A stretch of DNA of 64,000 bases from Octopus vulgaris (GCA_951406725.2 OX597816.1:120528001-120592000), one strand, 5' to 3'. Positions 1 to 12,424 are shown, numbered from the stretch's first letter. Notes: generated from the letters alone by a model not told the origin. Translations and numbers: made by a program.

Positions 1-1
1 G

Positions 2-550
2 ACTTCTACTTCGCACATCTTCCCTAACCTACTACCCCCTTCCTTCGAACGAGCCCACAACCTATGTGACCTCCTGGTCCACAGTTTCTTCTCTAACCCA
101 ACCTTCCAACCCGGCTCGTTCCCCTGCTCACGCCCACGTTGCTGCGCTTGCTCGTACCTCTCCAACACCACTATCCTCACAGGCACCCATCATCGACCCT
201 ACCATATCTCTGACTCCTTCACCTGCACTTCTAGCAACTTCATCTACTGCATCTCCTGCTCTCTCTGTTCTTCTTTATACATCGGTAAAGCGGGACGCCG
301 CTTGGCTGACCGGTTCGTGGAACACCTCCGAGACATCAGACTCGGCAACGACACCCCAGTCTGGCGCCATTTCCGCTCTACTGGTCATTCTTTACAACAC
401 CTGTCTGTGTTTAGATTGTCCTCGCACAGGGGCCATCCGGACTCCTATCTTCGCCGTGAACAGAAATTAATCTTCTCTCTTCGCTCCTTTGCACCACATG
501 GGCTCAACTCTCCTCCCCTCTTCATCGAACCCCCTCCTCTCTTCCACTGA
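2..550 (+). pseudogene. Penelope-like retroelement C-terminal GIY-YIG endonuclease (Neptune-like), open frame running off window start
   Basis: Frame 2 reads ...PCSRPRCCACSY...FTCTSSNFIYCISCSLCSSLYIGKAGRRLADRFVEHLRDI...PVWRHF...REQKLIFSLRSFAPHGLN; Cys-rich linker, IY..YIG motif, RFxEH and PxGLN are typical of PLE endonucleases. Confidence 0.9.
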
Positions 551-1165
551 CACCTACTTTTTCCCTTCACTCCCCTCTCCTCTCCTCTCTTGCTCTGACA
601 CCTACTTCCTCTCTTCACTCCTACCCACCTTCTCCCTTCCACCCTCTCCCTTCATCGTCAGCCCTACATCGTTACCCCTCTCCTACACATTCCAATCCCA
701 CTATCTCAATGCATCCCATTCCACCCCCACCTCATCCATACATTTCACTCGTACATACCTCACCCCTACAATCACACCCCAATCCCACATACCCCACCCT
801 TGCTCTCCCCACCCTCACCTCCCCCACCCAAACACCACCACACCAAACACCACTATACCACACTACACCACACCACATCACACCACTCCGCACACACAAG
901 CACTGACCACATCCCAGCACCCACACCAATATCCACACACCTACGCATGCGCATACGCACACGTCAAGGTCACCAGCCCTTATCCTCACGCACATACACA
1001 TTCTCACATACGCACACACGCGCACCTTTGTTTTGGGATGATCACCCCTACTTTATTGTCTACCCTTCTCCTAGTTCTCCTGCCTGACCACCTCTGTCCG
1101 GCATTCGCCATAATTGATCACTAGCCACTAAACCTTTTTTCTCTCTCTCTCTGTTTACTTTTGTG

Positions 1166-1197
1166 TTCTGTTGAAGAGCATTGGCTCGAAACGTAAA
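1166..1197 (+). ncRNA. Degenerate or variant minimal hammerhead ribozyme
   Basis: CTGTTGA-a-GAGC(attg)GCTC-GAAA-CG-TA; stem II and GAAACGTA intact, core position 6 deviates, stem I weak. Confidence 0.5.
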
Positions 1198-1306
1198 AGA
1201 CCTTCTCACTTCTCGAGCGTTAAACTAATACATCTGCTTGTTGTTTACACACCCGTCTTCGTCTTTTGTTTTGTGTTTTGTTGTAAATTCCAACTATATA
1301 TGTATG

Positions 1307-1356
<50 letters not shown>

Positions 1357-2236
1357 GAATGAGGGAGAGAGAGAAAGAGTATGGTAACAAATACATGCAA
1401 CAATACAACTGGATATGTGCTCATACACACACACTGACACACACAAATACACACACAAACACACGCACACACACACAAAGACTCACAGAAATATATATGT
1501 CTACAAGTCCTAATGCGTAGTAAGGTAACAGGATAATACCGTTAGTAGGGAAGGTTAGGAAAGACAATAAAAGAAAATAACGGAATTAAAACTGAATAAA
1601 ATTAAATAAATTAATGACAGTAAAATATAGTTAAATACCAGAAGATATAAGGAGGCTTAATTTTCTATACTTTTCTATAAAAGGAAGTTTAATTTTCTAT
1701 ATGCGTGTACATAATATGTGCGTGAATGTACGTAGCGATATCTGTGCAGTGGTGGGTCCTAGTATGTCTCCAACATAGCTGTGCGTCAAATATAATCAAC
1801 AAAAGCAGTACGAGATAGAAAGAAGTAATGGCGGCAATCTGACTCGTTCACTCTCTCTTTCTCTTTTTGTCTGTCTGTCTCTCTTTTTCTCCCTCCCCAC
1901 ACACATACACAAAGAGAAAGAGACAGTGTGGGAGAGAGGACGAAAGTATCTGAAGAAGGTATTCAAAATTGAACATCAAGCTAGAAAGAGAAGCAAGAGG
2001 CGGGATGAAGATAACGAAATGTTCTAAATTTAATTTAAAATATGGCGATTATGGAGCTATTTTGATGATATTATTTATCATTACGTATTTTTAAACATAT
2101 TTAATATTGTTTTACATATTTGTAATGCTATTAAAATAAACATAAATTGAATTACTTTCAAAAGCACAAACACAAGAGTATGTACACACACAAACACGCA
2201 CATGCACACACACACGCACATTTATGCATTTATGTA

Positions 2237-2285
<49 letters not shown>

Positions 2286-2870
2286 GTATGAACGGGTGTA
2301 GTTTTGCATGTACCTTTGTAGATGTATTTTATAGATGTACGGTACATAATAGAATATCATCGAAGAGTTTGTTATTTCCTATTCAATAAGAGCAATTGCT
2401 GAGCTTTTCACGAAAAGAGATTAACTTATTGACGAATGCTGAATTAGAATCACACGGCAAAGAGATAAAAGAGGTGTTTTGTAATTTTACATGGAATTGA
2501 CGCTCCATCACGTCTGGTGTTCTTAATTCAATCTAACAGTATTAGTTACCTTCTAGTAAGTCATTTAATTTGATTTTTTTTTTGAAATATTCACTATATT
2601 ACTATATATCATAGCGCGTAGCTATTTAGTTTGATATAAGGTATTTATTCTGTTTTTTTCTATGTTTTTATTCGGTAAACTACTTTGTATTTCGACTGCT
2701 AATACACAGACGTGTTGGCACACGAGTACACTCACTCAAACACACACTCACACACACACACACACGATCAAATACAGCATTTTTTTACATTGATACAGGC
2801 ATGTTAAAAGCCTAACTTTAGATAAGAAAGTGCATGGAGACACATGCACATATACAAATTACAAATGATT

Positions 2871-2918
<48 letters not shown>

Positions 2919-3063
2919 ACACACGAATATACTTAAAAATATGCACACAATATATGAGGGGTATACACGCATACGCTTGTGTATGCATACATTACACATA
3001 CGCATATATATGTGTTATGTTTGCAAGTTTTATGAATCAATACATGATAAAAATAGAATGAAC

Positions 3064-4160
3064 CACTGAATAAGCACAATTTTATTTAACGTAGGTTATA
3101 GGGCTGTTCAGCTGGTTTTATTATTTTATTGATAACATCAAGGAACATTTTCAAAAAAGTTTTTAGTCGTCTTGCTTTTTACAATTAGTCCAATCTACTT
3201 TGATGGTGCTGGGTTCAAAAATGCCCTCATAAATTTTCTATCACGTCAAGTTTTTTGTCCAACAGGAATTCATTTTTTACAAAAAATGTCAATTTTGCCA
3301 TTAAATGCAATGCTGAAATAAGAAACTAACACAAACCAAATAGTACTTTTTCATTGTTTAGCAAATATATTACATAAAATATTTAAGTACAAATCTTAGT
3401 GTCAAATTGGAATTTCAGCTACTTAAGGTGTGAACTTTCTCTTTGCTGCTTTGCGTGAATGAAGAGCATCATGACAGTCAGTTTGTAGAGCTCAGCAGTA
3501 GTCAACCATCATATTTATGTTCTACCTGCTTTGATACATAGTCTCCATGGTTTCGATGTCGTAGTGGAATCTTTCTCCTTGTTCATCACTTATTGCAATA
3601 TTATTTTCAGGGAAGTAGTCTAGATGACTGTGCAGGAAATTCACTTTTACACTTATGCTGTAAGACTTTGAATTAGACATTTGTAAGACATTTGTAGGAC
3701 TTTGAATTAGACATAACTGCAGCAAAAGTATTTAGATAAGAAGACATAGCAGAAGACATCGGGCTGTTTTGCATTTACTTCTCTCACAACTGGCCACATT
3801 TCTGAAATACAAAATATGTATTGAAACCAAAAAAGCATTCTCAGAATTGTCAACAGTTATAAGATAAGCGAATGCAGAATTTTGATGGCAAAGTTCCATG
3901 AAAAGCATACATGCCATGAAGCTCTTTCAACAGTTCTTTGACCATGCTTGACAAAAACATGTCACACCAAGCTTGCTATGTTAGTCACACAAAATCAAGC
4001 ATAGCGTGGGCATTTGTGCAGACAAATTCCACAAATACGAGACATGTATTATGTTAAGGACCACAAGAATGTGTTGTTTATTAATATCTAATTGTATAAA
4101 GGATATATCTTTCATCATCATGATATTTAAAACAAGTCAGGTTAAAAATAAGTGTAAGTT
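3064..4160 (-). mobile_element. Internally deleted Chapaev(3)-like (CMC superfamily) DNA transposon relic
   Basis: Minus-strand peptide pieces PDVFCYV (~3740-3780) and FLHSHLDYFPENNIAISDEQGERFHYDIETME (3530-3645); CACTG at 3064 is a possible terminus; family assignment from recalled motifs. Confidence 0.6.
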
Positions 4161-4189
4161 GTTCAAGTTTGATGCTTTTTATTCACTGT

Positions 4190-5015
4190 AGGTACTTAAA
4201 AAACAACAATACTGGGCTTAGTAAATTAATTTGGTCTCTAAAGGAACATAAACAATTTGATTTAGAAGGGAATATTCTATCCAGATCCTTCCAATATGAT
4301 AAAAGTAAATATTTTTGTCCACTCTGTAACGAAGGACAATTCCCCATCCTGTTCTCGGAGAATTCTCTTGTAAACACGTTTAAAGAACGCGTTTATCGTT
4401 GCAAATATTGGCAAAAAACATACCTTTAGTTCCTCTAAGTAATTTCTACCAATCTATAAAATTCGGCCTTTAACTGCCTTCTTACATTTTATTTCCACTA
4501 CATAAATCTATTTCCACGCTTTAAAGCTCAATTCCCATTCATCTATCTCACTACATTACTTCACTATTAATTTTCTGTTAATTTCTTTCTTTCTCCCCCT
4601 TCTCTTTCTCTAAATTGCCTTTAACGTTAACTCTATTAACGGTTTTTTAAAAAATTAACTTGGCAGCTTTCCCCTTCATCATATACGCGGTAATCGCATT
4701 CAGTTAAAATGGTTTATTAATATGTTTTGTTTGTCTTTTGTCCCTGACAAGATGATTTCATTGTTTTACATCATTTTATTCCCTCCGGAATAATATCAAC
4801 GTTTTCTTTCGAAACATATGTCGGAAGTATAAAGATTTGAAAAACATCTACGTTTGACTCCGTTTCTTAATTTATCTATGTTATACAAAAATATTTCACT
4901 TAACCCTGGAATTTCTACCTTTATAAGTAGGCTGTAATATCCTTGGCACTTATGTGAATATTGGCTACCCTGGTAACTATTTATTTATTTTTTCTGTGTT
5001 ATCTGTACACATTAA
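4190..5015 (+). mobile_element. PLE 3' fragment (Naiad-like C-terminus) with 3' UTR
   Basis: TGLSKLIWSLK...NILSRSFQY...CPLCNE...LVNTFKERVYRCKY matches the TxLSKxIWxLK..CxLC..LNxRxE..CxH pattern; HHR-like motif downstream; ends at (CA)n/(TA)n. Confidence 0.75.
4741..4825 (+). ncRNA. Hammerhead ribozyme-like motif with long stem II insert
   Basis: TCC-CTGACAA-ga...tc-GAAA-C(ATAT)G-TC-GGA; palindromic stem III, GUC site, C3/A8 mismatch. Confidence 0.55.
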
Positions 5016-5035
5016 AATACACACACACACACACC

Positions 5036-5092
<57 letters not shown>

Positions 5093-5331
5093 GTAATATG
5101 GGGTTTAGTTCACCTGTGATCTAAACGAATAGGTACGTTGGGGGAGTGCTGTAATGGATTATCAGGGTTCCAAGCTCGTAACTGATGCGGGAGCTATGTT
5201 TCCGTTTTAGGTTTCCGATTTGTTGTCCTCTTTCACACACGCACGCACGCACACACACACACTTATCTTTGTATCTGTATGTGTCTCTGAATGTCTGTGT
5301 GCCTCTGTGTGTGTGTGCAGACACTCACACA

Positions 5332-5402
<71 letters not shown>

Positions 5403-5408
5403 ACACAT

Positions 5409-6560
5409 ATATTAGTTTATCCGGTAAGCTCTAAGCATTTTTCAATATGCAAAAATGGATATAAATAATTGACCTATCAATAAATTTTATTCAATGAAAT
5501 AATTTATATTATTTTTAATGCACTTCGCCCATCTACCAGGCAATTTAAATATTCCATCAGTATAAAGTTATACTGGTTTTGAGGGGAAAAAATGCTATCT
5601 AGATGCATTTTGACTCCATCTATATCGTTAGATGTTTTTCCTTGCAATGAGTTCTGTAGAGACAAAAAAGTGATAGTCGGATGGCGTAATATCAGGGGAA
5701 TATAGTGGATAGGGTAAGGGATCCCAGCCAAGTTTATTGTCTTGTTGGAACACTACTCCTTTCCTGTTGGCAATCTCCGGCCTCAATTCTTTGATTTTTG
5801 GTTCAAATTAGCCAGCTGATGACAGTACACATCAGAATTAATGGTATAGTCTTATGGGCTAAGCTCATAATAAATAATGGCGTTACGATCTCGTCAAACA
5901 CAAAGCATACCTTTTTTGGCAGGGATATCTATCTTTGGTCACTGTTTTGGGTGATCCTTCCTCAAACTCCAGGATATTTTTCGCACTACATTTTCGTACA
6001 CAATCCATTTTTTATCTCCAGTCACAAGTTGTTTAAAAAAAAGCATGCTTTAATTCCGTTTCAAAAGTCTATCACAAACGGAATACCGGTCCAAGCAATT
6101 ATTTTCTGAGAGTTTGTGAGGTGCCCATACATTATAGCGAGAAATGTATCCTAGCTTCACTAGATGTTTATGATTCGAACGTTTAGAAACTTCCAACTCC
6201 TCTGAAAGTTCTCTAGTCGTGATATTTGAGTTTGCTTCGATTTCTGGCTTCAAAGCATCTTCATCTAATTTTGAAGGTCTCCCACTGAGACTGTCATCTT
6301 CCAAGCTAAACTGTCCAGCTTTAAATTTTGCAAACCACCTTTGAACAGTTGATTCATCTACAGCATAATCACCCTAAAATTCACAAACGTTTTTGGAAGT
6401 CTTTGCAACATTTTCTCCTTTTTAAAAGAGAAAAGCATTACAAAGCGAATATGAAATTTTTGGTTATCCATTTCAAATGTCAATAAAAGGTAACCGGAAT
6501 GTCAGGAACAAAGAAGAGACGCACTACCACTTCAAGCCACTCCAACAGAATTCTAGGTAT
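5409..6560 (-). mobile_element. Mariner (DD34D-type) transposon, degenerate
   Basis: From ATG at 6471: MDNQKFHIRFVMLFSFKKGENVAKT...TVQRWFAKFKAG..SLEDDSLSGRPS...WAPHKLSE (WVPHEL-like)...LVTGDKKWIVY; stops and frameshifts present. Confidence 0.9.
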
Positions 6561-6637
6561 GCACAAATGTAGAAATACAAGAGTAGAAACTTAAAGGTGC
6601 ATAAATTTTGATGTAATGATTAAAGATATACCTATTA

Positions 6638-6972
6638 GCACATTAGCTCAGTGGTTAGAGCGATGGGCTCACAAGCATAAGGTAGTGAGTTCGATTGTCG
6701 GACCGGGCTCTGTGTTGTGTTCTTGAGCAAGACACTTTATTTCACGTTGCTCTAGTTCATTCAGTTATAGAAATTAGTTGCGACGTCACTGGTGCCAAGC
6801 TGTATCAGCCTTTGTCTTTCCGTTGATAACATAGGTGGTGTGGATAGGGGAGAGTGATAATCATGGGTGACTACTGGTCTTCTATAAACAACTTTGCCTG
6901 GACTTGTGTCTCGGAGGGGAACTCTCTAGGTGCAATCCCATGGTCATTCATGACCGAAGGGGGTCTTTACTC
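6638..6972 (+). mobile_element. tRNA-derived SINE, family 1, near full length
   Basis: A box TAGCTCAGTGG, B box GAGTTCGATT, body GTGTTGTGTTCTTGAGCAAGACACTTTATTTCAC shared with copies at 13.6, 24.5 and 25.7 kb. Confidence 0.85.
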
Positions 6973-8280
6973 TTGTTATCAATACATTACAAAATAAAAA
7001 GTTATGAGTATTTTTGCACTAAGGTAGCAATAGCAAAATATGAAATACAAAATACACGAAAACCAAAAGTCAGTAATTAAGATTACAAAAGATAAAGTAC
7101 ATATTACAAAGTTATTACATTACGTAAATTACAACACTGTAAAACTAAAAATACCAAAATGCAATACATATTACAAACGACAAAATTGCAACATTATAAT
7201 TGTATAGCAACTGAGGATAATCGAATTTGCAGCATTATTATATTATAAAGTCATGACATTATATCATGAAATTATAAAACTGTAACGTCATTGAATTAGC
7301 ATTGAATTATTGAATTATAGAATTTCAATAGTGTGACCATAGCAATTCGGGTCAGTGACGGAAATGTGATTGTATAGAATAGTTATTTGCTAAGACAGGC
7401 GTCCAAATATAAGGGTACGTCATATGTTTACCTCACAAGGCAGACACGAGAATAATGGAAAATGGAAAATACACAAACAACATAAATTATAGCAGGTTAA
7501 AACATCCCCACCAAACAAAAAAAGATGCGGTAAAAACTGTTACCCAGAAGAGTTTTGTATAGATCTGATGAAACTCTGCAGTCGTTTAGTTCTTCCCTCC
7601 CTACTTCTACGGCTAGACGCTAGTAACTTCATGTGTTTTGATGGTTGAAAGTTCAGTGAAGTCAAAATATTTTCTGAGAATGTGCTCTTTGAGATGTTCG
7701 TCAAAATTTAAGTCACTTGCTGTAAAATACTCTGCTATTCCATCGATAGAGTGTTTCTGCGTCTGACGTCATATTTATGCCCATTAAATCTTTTCCTTAA
7801 TTTTCCTTTTGTGAAACCAGCATAAATCAAATTTTGTTTGATAATGCAGCTGCGTACTTCATTTTATTCCACGTAATGGAAATTGTTATTCAACGCTACA
7901 GTTCAAAGTTATCGTTGTTGCGACATTGGCAAAAGTTTGAGCACCTTTCAACAAGTGTGTTCTTTTGAAAATCGTTTCAGTTATTTATGTAGTTGTCTGA
8001 AGAACTTTGAAGGTAAAGAAATGTTATCCCCGCGGACAAAAACAAATAAATAAATACATAAAATAAAATTAAAAAAAGGAAAAAAATGTTGAAGACTTTG
8101 AAGGTTTCGTATTCGGAACAATTTAGTTGAAAACTTTTAATTTGAAAAAATATTGAGAAGCTAATTTTTGTTTTGGGGACAAATGTTATGTGACTTCAGT
8201 TTGAAAATAATAACTGAAAATTTCCATGAGATTCCTATACAGCCCTACCATAATTTCATACATCAATATTCGCGTACGTG

Positions 8281-8443
8281 TATTTCCTCTGTCTTTACGT
8301 TCTGAGTTCAAATTCCACCGAGGTCGACTTTGCTTTTCTTCCTTTCGGGGTCGATAAATTAAGTACCGATTGCGTACTGGAGTCGATTTAATCTACTGGC
8401 CCCCTCCCCTAAAAGTTCGGGCTTTGTGCCTAGAGTAGGAAAG
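8281..8443 (+). mobile_element. SINE family 2, 5'-truncated, with 16-bp TSD
   Basis: Flanked by AATATTCGCGTACGTG at 8265-8280 and 8444-8459; core GAGTTCAAATTCC..GAGGTCGACTTTGC. Confidence 0.85.
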
Positions 8444-9148
8444 AATATTCGCGTACGTGGCCCACACCATAAAATGTTTATTCATCACACCGAAAGCAAT
8501 CACTTTATTTTATCAATCAAATTTGTGTAGACGCCTATGTTTATGGGAGTTTAAATTTACCCGTATCACTTGAGCTAATCGCATGGATAATAATGATCCT
8601 ACAGTTCAACAAGGTCAAATAACTAACCCTCATGTTGGACCATATGATTGCATTTTTTTTTTGCCCTTACATTTGAGCTAGTCATTGGAAACGTTTCAGA
8701 AAAGCATTTAATTGACCAAGCCAAAATATGAACTCATTTTAAGTTAATTTGTTTTAAATGCCCGCAAAATACTTAAAAACTACTAAAAGTCGACATAAGT
8801 TTTCACATGAAAGTCGACTACAAACTTTGCCACCAATAAATTCTATCAATAAAAATTAAGAGTCAGAAATTTAATGTAAGTTATGCTATGGTAAACACTT
8901 ACCTCCCAAAATTTATGACTTTAGGAAAGAAGTCAGTCATAGATTTATTTAAGTCAAACTCAGAAATTCCTAACGTAACGCACTTCGTCATCTTTCTAAC
9001 AATGAAGCAGAAACAAGCGGGATTGCCTCAACCTGAACACGATCAACAGCAAAGGCTGTTGACGCATGATACTGAAATGCTGAAAGGTTTCCTATCCAAC
9101 TCAGGGATGGCCAGAGGCTTTATGTAGCTGTTCCACCCCGATAATATT

Positions 9149-9544
9149 CTTTTCTACTCTAGGTACAAAGCCCAAAATTTTGGGGGAGGGGCCAGTCGAT
9201 TAGATCGACACCAGTACGTAACTGGTACTTAATTTGTCGATTCCGAAAAGATAACATGCAGAGTCGACGTCGGCGGAATTTCAACTCAGAACGTAAAGAT
9301 AGACGAAATACCTATTTCTTTACTACCCACAAGGGGCTAAACACAGAGAGGATAAACAAGGACAGACAAACGGATTAAGTCGATTACATCGACCCCAGTG
9401 CGTAACTAGTACTTAATTTATCGACCCCGAAAGGATGAAAGGCGAAGTCGACCTCGGCGGAATTTGAACTCAGAACGTAACGGCAGACGAAATACCACAA
9501 AGCATTTCGCCCGGCGTGCTAACGTTTCTGCCAGCTCGCAACCT
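9149..9544 (-). mobile_element. SINE family 2, full length with internally duplicated body, 18-bp TSD
   Basis: TTCCACCCC(G/T)ATAATATT at 9131-9148 and 9545-9562; two tandem core units. Confidence 0.85.
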
Positions 9545-10459
9545 TTCCACCCCTATAATATTATTTAAAAAATATTATGCATGTATGTTGTTGTTGTTGT
9601 TGTTGTTGCTGCTTTTGTTTGTGTGTGTGTGTGAGTGTGTGTGTGCGCGTGAGTGAAAATAAGTTGTGAGAAAGTATGAGTAATCTCGTCGGGTGGATTG
9701 TTTCTGTAATTCAAATCTCAGGTCTTCTTAAAACTGTTTAACGCTTATTCAACTCTGCAGAAACTCAGCTACATATTTCGCTAATCCGGTGACCATGTAG
9801 TTCTGTTGATCGAATAACAGGCTACTGAAAATGAAAGAAGCTCGTTATATATGTATATATACAGAACAAATGTGTGCGTGTGAATACACAAATGTGTATG
9901 TACATGTGTATGTGTGTACACGTGTCAGTGTGCACGAGTACGTGTGTTTGTTTACACTTCTGTCAATAAAGACATTTGAAATAAGAGATCTCAAAAAGGT
10001 GAGAGTTAGCGACGGGAAGGGCATCCGGCTGTAGAGGAATGCCTGAATAATATAAATGTCTAACCCAGCCTATAGCTTGCTTCCCAGCCACTTGGTTCTT
10101 GGTTCAGCGAATGAAAAGCGGAAGTTTATATTCAGACATGTAACCGGTCGAAGTGCTTGCAATAGAGTGGAACCTGCTAAAGATACCCAAGAATGAAGTT
10201 GTTGTAAATTAAGATTACCACTCACTTATATTTTGTTAAAAGAAACCAGTTTGCATTTAATTTGTATATCTCACAGTCAAGAATCGACTATAAATGTTAG
10301 AACTTTAATTTATATTCTTTGGAGACTATTATGATTATTAATCTGGACTTTTATAGTTCTGTTGAACCCTTTGTATAACAGAATTTTAAGTGGACTAGGA
10401 TTTCAAATTTAAGAATATGTATATAGTCTTTGTGTATGTATACGTTTATGACATATACT

Positions 10460-10610
10460 TAGGGGTGCTGAAAAGTTCTTGGCTTTAAGGGTATCCCGAA
10501 AGGCCTGGTTGGAGAACGAACCTTGCGAGTTCTTTTACAGGGCCTAGAAAAACTGAAGGACTGCTGAGAGGGAAATATATTGAATAAAATCATAATTAAA
10601 AGATCCTTCT
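10460..10610. mobile_element. Mariner-derived MITE fragment
   Basis: AGGGGTGCTGAAAAGTTC TIR-like start and GGGAAATATATTGAATAA resembling a mariner C-terminal GxYxE* end. Confidence 0.45.
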
Positions 10611-11348
10611 CACTAGTGTTTCAGTTGAATACCACATAAATAGGGGTATAATGCAAATTACAAACAATAAATTAAATTGATAATATAAGGATTTATTTAC
10701 ATTTTAGCATAATATATCATGAATATAATATTATATGACATAAAAAATATTAAAAAACCAAAAAAGGCAACAATTTATTTTGACTTTTATACATTATTTG
10801 ATTTATATACAATTCATATCCATCTATATAAGTCTCTTCAGGGCTATGGTTTAAAAGACAGACGAAATTCCGTGTCGAAGGACGGCTGGATTGTAATTGC
10901 TATGTAGTTGAAAAGTTAACGCACACGATCCTAAACATAGGCATTTGAATTAATTTTTTTACAATCCAGCCGTCCTTTCACACGGAATATCGCCTGTCTT
11001 TTAAACCAAAGATCTGAAGAGACTGATATAAATGGATATAAATTGTTTATAAACCAAATAATGTATTTTTTGTTTTCTTATATTATATTCATAATATGTT
11101 ATAGTATAATATAAATACATCATTAGATTGCCAATTGAATCTTTCAATTAATTTATTGTTTATATATATATATCTTAAGTATGTCCTTGAGAACGATTAT
11201 TTATGTAGTAATCTTTTGTGCCCAATATTTTAAGGAACTTGTTGAACTTTTTTATGTCCTTAACATGTCCTTGTTACCAAAGACTGTATATATGTAATGT
11301 AGCAATTTGCAACAACCAATAATTAATGCAACCAAACTTCTACATGTT

Positions 11349-11389
11349 ACTTTTGACAATCTTTTTCCAAAGAGTGAAACCGGTAAAGT
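11349..11389 (+). ncRNA. Minimal hammerhead ribozyme, U3-A8 core variant
   Basis: ACTT-TTGACAA-TCTTT(ttcc)AAAGA-gt-GAAA-CCGG-TA-AAGT; stem I ACTT/AAGT, palindromic ACCGGT stem III. Confidence 0.7.
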
Positions 11390-11691
11390 AAATAAACATC
11401 TTTTAAATTGCATTTTCAAACCTTCTTTCGTATATAATTCCACTCGTGCGGTACCCCACAACTCCACTTTGTATATATATATATATATATATATATACAT
11501 TATTTGATTTATATACAATTCATATCCATCTATATAAGTCTCTTCAGAGCTATGGTTTAAAAGACAGACGAAATTCCGTATCGAAGGACGGCTGGATTGT
11601 AATTCCTATGTAGTTGAAAAGTTAACGCACACGTAGCAACTACAATCCAGCCGTCCTTCGACACGGAATTTCGTCTGTCTTTTAAACCATA

Positions 11692-11770
11692 GCTCTGAAG
11701 AGACTTATATAGATGGATATGAATTGTATATAAATCAAATAATGTATAAAAGTCGAAATAAATTGTTGCC
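11692..11770 (+). ncRNA. Hammerhead ribozyme motif with long stem II loop
   Basis: CTGAAGA(11695)-GACTT...AAGTC-GAAA(11755)-TAAATTG-TT; paralog of 54770-54848. Confidence 0.55.
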
Positions 11771-11965
11771 TTTTTTGGTTTTTTAATATTTTTTATGTCA
11801 TATCATATTATATTCATGATATATTATGCTAAAATGTAAATAAATCGTTATATTATCAATTTAATATATATATATATATATATACAATTGCAGCATGGAA
11901 GGTGTTTATAAGCCATTTAAGAAACACACAAAAGCCGTTCGATTCACTTCAACATTTAAGTTTAA

Positions 11966-12015
11966 TTTGTCAAAATATTTCCGTCGCTAAAATCCGCGAC
12001 CTGTTCACTGACAAA
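11966..12015 (-). ncRNA. Minimal hammerhead ribozyme, G3-C8 core variant
   Basis: Reverse complement TTTGTCA-GTGAACA-g-GTCGC(8 nt)GCGAC-g-GAAA-TAT-TT-TGACAAA; 7-bp stem I, 5-bp stem II. Confidence 0.7.
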
Positions 12016-12424
12016 AATCCGTGCTGCATCTGAGAAAGTAACAGTTAGTTCGTCATATATATGTACGTATGTATGTGTGTATGTATGCATACATGTGTGT
12101 ATGTATGTACGTATGCATGTACGTACATACGCCTGTGTATGTATGTATGTATGTATGTATGTATGTATGTATGTATGTATGTATGTATGTATGTATGTAT
12201 GTATATATGTATGTGTGTGTATATGCACGCACATACACACTATAAACATAAAGCTATAAACCTGTAGCGATGGATAGATGTAGAGTGACCACTCATCACA
12301 ATAATATCAAATTTCAACTTCCCCCGGCCGAAGCCTGGAAGTGATTTACGACCCTTACTCCCAAAACTATACCCTAAAACCTATTATATATTTATCTCTA
12401 TATCACAGAACTTTTGTTTTACTA

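Larger units (their letters stand above)
1..1296 (+). mobile_element. Penelope-like element 3' portion (endonuclease plus 3' UTR)
   Basis: GIY-YIG frame, C-rich low-complexity UTR, HHR-like motif at 1166-1197, ends at a (TA)n tract; the terminal sequence recurs inverted at ~57595-57648. Confidence 0.8.
10610..11865. mobile_element. Nested fold-back cluster of non-coding HHR-bearing (PLE-like) repeats
   Basis: Four arms of one repeat: ~10675-10895 (-), ~10960-11160 (+), ~11497-11600 (-), ~11641-11865 (+); same family at ~54130-54950. Confidence 0.8.

Noticed and set aside
489-1124. 211-aa Pro/His/Thr-rich ORF and overlapping ORFs
   Set aside because: Low-complexity C-rich PLE 3' UTR lacking stops by composition; no domain signal
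6638-6710. tRNA gene (also 13606, 48294, 53155)
   Set aside because: Each continues into a multi-copy SINE body
6985-7320. ATTACA-rich quasi-periodic stretch
   Set aside because: No consistent period; treated as decayed low-complexity sequence
7764-7771. TGACGTCA CRE-like site
   Set aside because: A single 8-mer with no independent promoter evidence
10675-11865. CRISPR-like or MITE interpretation of the repeated arms
   Set aside because: Arms are long, inverted and unequal, with no spacer periodicity or common TSD; eukaryotic context
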